This document shows positions 57,593 to 60,919 of a stretch of DNA of 60,919 bases, one piece after another. The notes below the pieces were generated by a model. The model saw only the letters and a program-made list of their open reading frames with translations. It did no database searches and had not been told where the DNA came from. Within the stretch, counting starts at the first letter, position 1, and every line of letters begins with the position of its first letter. Source of the stretch: Dehalococcoidales bacterium. Lineage in GTDB: Bacteria > Chloroflexota > Dehalococcoidia > Dehalococcoidales > RBG-16-60-22. The translations under genes and the position numbers were made by a program. The stretch is from contig DAOUER010000038.1 of NCBI GenBank assembly GCA_034430375.1, forward strand, positions 1 through 60,919, written 5' to 3'.

Positions 57593-57910
57593 TTAGAAAA
57601 GGATGCCCTCGGTTAGATTGGCGGTATAGGTGAATATCTCGATACTCGGTTCTCCTTCACAGATATCCAGGACGGTGGTCTTGTATTCCACCGATTTCAG
57701 GTAGTCTTCAAATTGTTCCTGTTTTTCCCATATCAGCATAGCCCCCTGCGCGTAAGTAGCCGGGTCCATGATGAAGTGTTTCTCCCTCAGTCCCGGTATT
57801 TTCCGGCAGCCCTCCACTACCTTCCCGATGTGTTCCCGGGCTACCGCCGTATCGCCCAGGGCTTTCTTGACCTCGTCTTTAACCTGAAATTTCACTATTG
57901 TCGCTATCAT
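57593..57910 (-). CDS. Small dimeric alpha/beta-barrel protein (YdhR/monooxygenase-like)
   Basis: GGAGGT RBS; PGLREKHF...GAMLIWE...EDYLKS pattern. Confidence 0.55.
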   Translation of the reverse strand: MIATIVKFQVKDEVKKALGDTAVAREHIGKVVEGCRKIPGLREKHFIMDPATYAQGAMLIWEKQEQFEDYLKSVEYKTTVLDICEGEPSIEIFTYTANLTEGILF

Positions 57911-57958
57911 CGCTACCTCCAAAAGACTATACAGCCATCGACTCTTTTCTTTATCAAA

Positions 57959-59899
57959 TTAATCTTTCTGCGGAAGAAGGTGCTGGAGACTTGGGAATTT
58001 ATCCCTGGCATGAGGAAATATCAAGGCATCGGTAAAACTTTGATTGAAATCTGGTTCGACGGTTAGTTCGACGTATTCCACCTGTCTGGCCATGACATCC
58101 GCTTCTTTTCTCTTGCCTGCATTCAAGAGGGCTATACGGGCGCCGTCACCGGCGGCATTACCAACAGCGGTCACATTTTCCGGGCTACAATCTGGGAAAA
58201 GACCGATGACCGCCGCCGATTCTTTATCGATATAACTGCCGAAAGCACCGGCCAGCACCACCCGATCGATTTTCTTTATCCCTAGTCGGTTCATCATTAT
58301 CCTGGCCCCGGAATACATGGCGCCTTTGGCCAGCTGTATGGCCCGGATATCCCGCTGGATGACAACGATATCCTGCCCTATACCGGTTTCTTTGGCCCAG
58401 GCTATCACGAATTCCCCGGAATTATCTCCATTACGGAAACGTTTTGACTTCAAGCTAGTGTTGAATCTTCCGCCTTTATCGATAATCCCGGCTAAAAACA
58501 TCTGAGCGGCTACATCGAATATACCGGAACCGCATATCCCCAGGGCTTTGATATCCTTGTCTTCGGTATTCCACTTTTCGTTGCCGATGACCTTGAATCG
58601 TACTTCTTTCGTTTTCGGGTCAATCTCAAGTTTTTCTATCGCGCCGGGAGCAGCCCTCATGCCGTGGCTTATCTCCGCCCCCTCGAAAGCCGGTCCGGTA
58701 GCGCAGGATGTAGAAAGCAGCTTTTTCCGATTTCCCAGGATCAATTCGCCGTTGGTGCCGATATCGATGATAAGCACCATCTCGCCCTGGTTATAAGGCT
58801 CCTCGGTGATAAGTACGCCTACGTTGTCCGCCCCGACAAAACCTGCTTCGATGGGAAGCACGTGAACGTAGGCTCCGGATGCTATACTCAAGCCAATGTC
58901 GCGGGCTTTGATATCTACAGAATGATGTATAGCGGGGGCAAACGGCGTTTTACCCAGGTACTGGGGATCTACGTTCAGGAACAAATGGTGCATGCAGGTA
59001 TTACCCACCAATACCATATCGATGATTTCCGAGCGATTGATACCGGACTTATTCGCTACTTCTCCAGCTATTTTATTCAGGCACTGGATAATCACCCGGT
59101 TCATTTGTTTCAGCTCTTTTTTACCCTTAGACGCGTAGCCGATACGGGACATCACATCTTCACCGTAGGCTACCTGGGGATTCATCATGGCACCGGTAGC
59201 CAGGACTTCACCGGTAGCCAGATCGCAGAGATAGCCGGCTACGGTCGTGGTACCGACATCTACGGCCAGTCCGTACGAATTGGTAGCTTGTCCCGCCGCC
59301 ACATCGATGATTTCTTTACCGTGCCATACCGATACAGCGACTTGCCAGTTGCCGTCGCGTACGGTGTTTTGCAGTTTCTGGAGAACGGTATAATCTATGG
59401 TAAGATTCTTGAGTTTATGAGTATTCGATAACTCGTTTTGCAGTCGTTCGAAATCACCCAGGGCATCATGCAGGGAAGCCGGTTTGAGTCCGACGGCGTA
59501 TTTCTTCACCACGGGCTTTATCTTGATATCTCTTGGCGTGGCTTCTTTACGAATTACCTGCTGTCCCTTCCGGCTTTGTTCTGGAATAAAGATAACGACG
59601 TCACCATAAATACGTGTCTGGCAGGAAAGCCTGTATCCCTGTTTAAGTTGACGTGGTTTGATCAATTTACGGTTGGCCTGACCTTTATTTTTCACCGAAG
59701 CTATCGACGAGTTTATCCCGTACTTGGCGAAGAAACCTTCTTCTATCCTGACCTTGCATTTGCCGCAGATACCCTTCCCGCCGCATACAGATTCTATGCC
59801 GGCCCCGAGTTTTTGCGATGCTTCCAGTATCGTTACGCCATCGTCTATCTTCCCCCTTAATCCCGAGGGCTGAAAAACTACGGCATGTTTTATATTCAT
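57959..59899 (-). CDS. RACo/ASKHA (DUF4445) reductive activator with N-terminal [2Fe-2S] ferredoxin
   Basis: CGGKGICGKC...RLSCQ; DVGTTTV, GEDVMSRI, DIGTNGE, CATGPAFEG, LAGAFG. Start uncertain (59899-59959). Confidence 0.92.
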   Translation of the reverse strand: MNIKHAVVFQPSGLRGKIDDGVTILEASQKLGAGIESVCGGKGICGKCKVRIEEGFFAKYGINSSIASVKNKGQANRKLIKPRQLKQGYRLSCQTRIYGDVVIFIPEQSRKGQQVIRKEATPRDIKIKPVVKKYAVGLKPASLHDALGDFERLQNELSNTHKLKNLTIDYTVLQKLQNTVRDGNWQVAVSVWHGKEIIDVAAGQATNSYGLAVDVGTTTVAGYLCDLATGEVLATGAMMNPQVAYGEDVMSRIGYASKGKKELKQMNRVIIQCLNKIAGEVANKSGINRSEIIDMVLVGNTCMHHLFLNVDPQYLGKTPFAPAIHHSVDIKARDIGLSIASGAYVHVLPIEAGFVGADNVGVLITEEPYNQGEMVLIIDIGTNGELILGNRKKLLSTSCATGPAFEGAEISHGMRAAPGAIEKLEIDPKTKEVRFKVIGNEKWNTEDKDIKALGICGSGIFDVAAQMFLAGIIDKGGRFNTSLKSKRFRNGDNSGEFVIAWAKETGIGQDIVVIQRDIRAIQLAKGAMYSGARIMMNRLGIKKIDRVVLAGAFGSYIDKESAAVIGLFPDCSPENVTAVGNAAGDGARIALLNAGKRKEADVMARQVEYVELTVEPDFNQSFTDALIFPHARDKFPSLQHLLPQKD

Positions 59900-59997
59900 C
59901 ATCTCACCCATCATAGCATCAATCAGGCTGAAATTCCAAGTTGATTTGTACCTGTGCAAGCAGGCTTACCTGCAGGGATACGTTCGGCCGCCATCTC

Positions 59998-60919
59998 CTA
60001 GTACAGCTTTAAAATCTGTTCGAGTTGAAAATCCGTATCGCCGAAACCGGTCTCGGCGACCCGGGCTTTCTTGGTGTAGTAATGAAGGATATGGTCTTCT
60101 GAAAAGCCGATAGCGCCGTGGACCTGGTGGGCCGATTTCATGACGCGCCGGCTGGCCTGACTCACCCAGGCCTTGGCAACGGCCGCTCCACGAGCCGCCG
60201 GTAAACATTCGGATATTTCCCAGGCGGCCTGGTAGGTAATAAACCGGGCGCCGTCGGTATCAATCAACATATCCGCACAGCGGTGCTGGATACTCTGGAA
60301 TGCGCCGATGGGGTGTCCGAAAGCTATTCTCTCCTTGGCGTATTCTAGTGCAAGATTCAAAGCCTGCCGTGACAATCCTACCATCTCGGCGCACCGGGCC
60401 ACGTTGGCCTTTTGCAGCACTTTTTCCAAATAAGACCAACCGTTTCCTTTTTCACCCAGGATTGAGTCGTCGCCGACGCTAACGTTATTAAAAACGACTT
60501 CGCCCATCTTATCGCCGGAAACGGTCGGCAAAGGCTTTATACTCAAACCATTTGTATTTATGTCAAGTATGAAAAGGGTGATGCCCCGTTTTTTATCTTC
60601 GCTATCCTCTGTCCTGGCTGCGTATATCAGGTAATCGGCCGCTTGAGCATCGGTGACGAATAATTTCCGCCCGTTGATAACATAATCGCTGCCCTGCTGT
60701 TCCGCTTTTACGGTAATCGCTTCGGGTATATAATTCCCTGATTCTTCGGTAACTGCCAGGGTGACGATATACTGGCCCTCGGCAATAGCGGGTAAATACT
60801 GCTGTTTTTGCTCCTCGCTGCCGGCTTCGAGTATGGTAGACGCTCCCAGCACAACACTGGAGAAAAACGGACTGATAAAGCAGACGCGTCCCATTTCCTC
60901 GAGGACGACCACCAGGTCG
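59998..60919 (-). CDS. Acyl-CoA dehydrogenase (5' end beyond the window)
   Basis: LAVTEE, NGRKLFVTD, AKERIAFGHPIGAFQSIQH, HQVHGAIG. Confidence 0.92.
   Translation of the reverse strand, partial: DLVVVLEEMGRVCFISPFFSSVVLGASTILEAGSEEQKQQYLPAIAEGQYIVTLAVTEESGNYIPEAITVKAEQQGSDYVINGRKLFVTDAQAADYLIYAARTEDSEDKKRGITLFILDINTNGLSIKPLPTVSGDKMGEVVFNNVSVGDDSILGEKGNGWSYLEKVLQKANVARCAEMVGLSRQALNLALEYAKERIAFGHPIGAFQSIQHRCADMLIDTDGARFITYQAAWEISECLPAARGAAVAKAWVSQASRRVMKSAHQVHGAIGFSEDHILHYYTKKARVAETGFGDTDFQLEQILKLY

Noticed and set aside
123-60482. Many short antisense or alternate-frame ORFs in the track (e.g. 2064-2357, 19752-20420, 26280-26894, 37725-38360, 58664-59431)
   Set aside because: They lie wholly within well-supported genes and show no motifs, so they are treated as shadow ORFs.

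Overview
A 60.9 kb stretch of bacterial chromosome. The lineage is probably Chloroflexota/Dehalococcoidia; this is inferred from gene content and a secretin-less type IV pilus locus, not from a database search. From left to right it holds: partial uvrC; a signalling block (GAF protein, NarL-type regulator, 7TM-GAF-GAF-GGDEF-HD-GYP protein, GH3-family adenylating enzyme, two small DNA-binding proteins); a type IV pilus locus (pilD, two tandem pilins each followed by a 139-bp repeat that is 97% identical between copies, pilT, fused pilM-N, pilO, pilC, pilB); a long housekeeping and metabolic run (xerD, pcm, nitroreductases, EF-G paralogue, etfAB, prmC/prfA, acyl-CoA ligase, hppA, ribF, tyrS, serA, UDG, RNase J, ftsK); a mycothiol-like (mshB/mshD/mshA-type) cluster; a RACo/ASKHA protein; and a partial acyl-CoA dehydrogenase. 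The main discovery is a compact 6,555-bp integrated element bounded by a 10-bp direct repeat, AATTGTATAA (47756-47765 and 54311-54320). Joining its ends in silico gives a perfect loxP-like site (ACGTGTGCAATT-GTATAA-AATTGCACACGT). That site lies inside the element's own tyrosine-integrase gene, so excision would replace an 8-aa C-terminal tail with an in-frame 40-aa tail encoded at the other end. The element inserted into a symmetric divergent promoter of the msh-like cluster and appears to supply a replacement -35. It encodes an AbrB-like regulator, an AAA/RepA-like helicase followed by a candidate origin, a C2H2 zinc-finger protein, an excisionase-like HTH and several small membrane proteins, and has no recognisable capsid, terminase or relaxase. 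All protein calls rest on motif recognition by eye; no searches were run.
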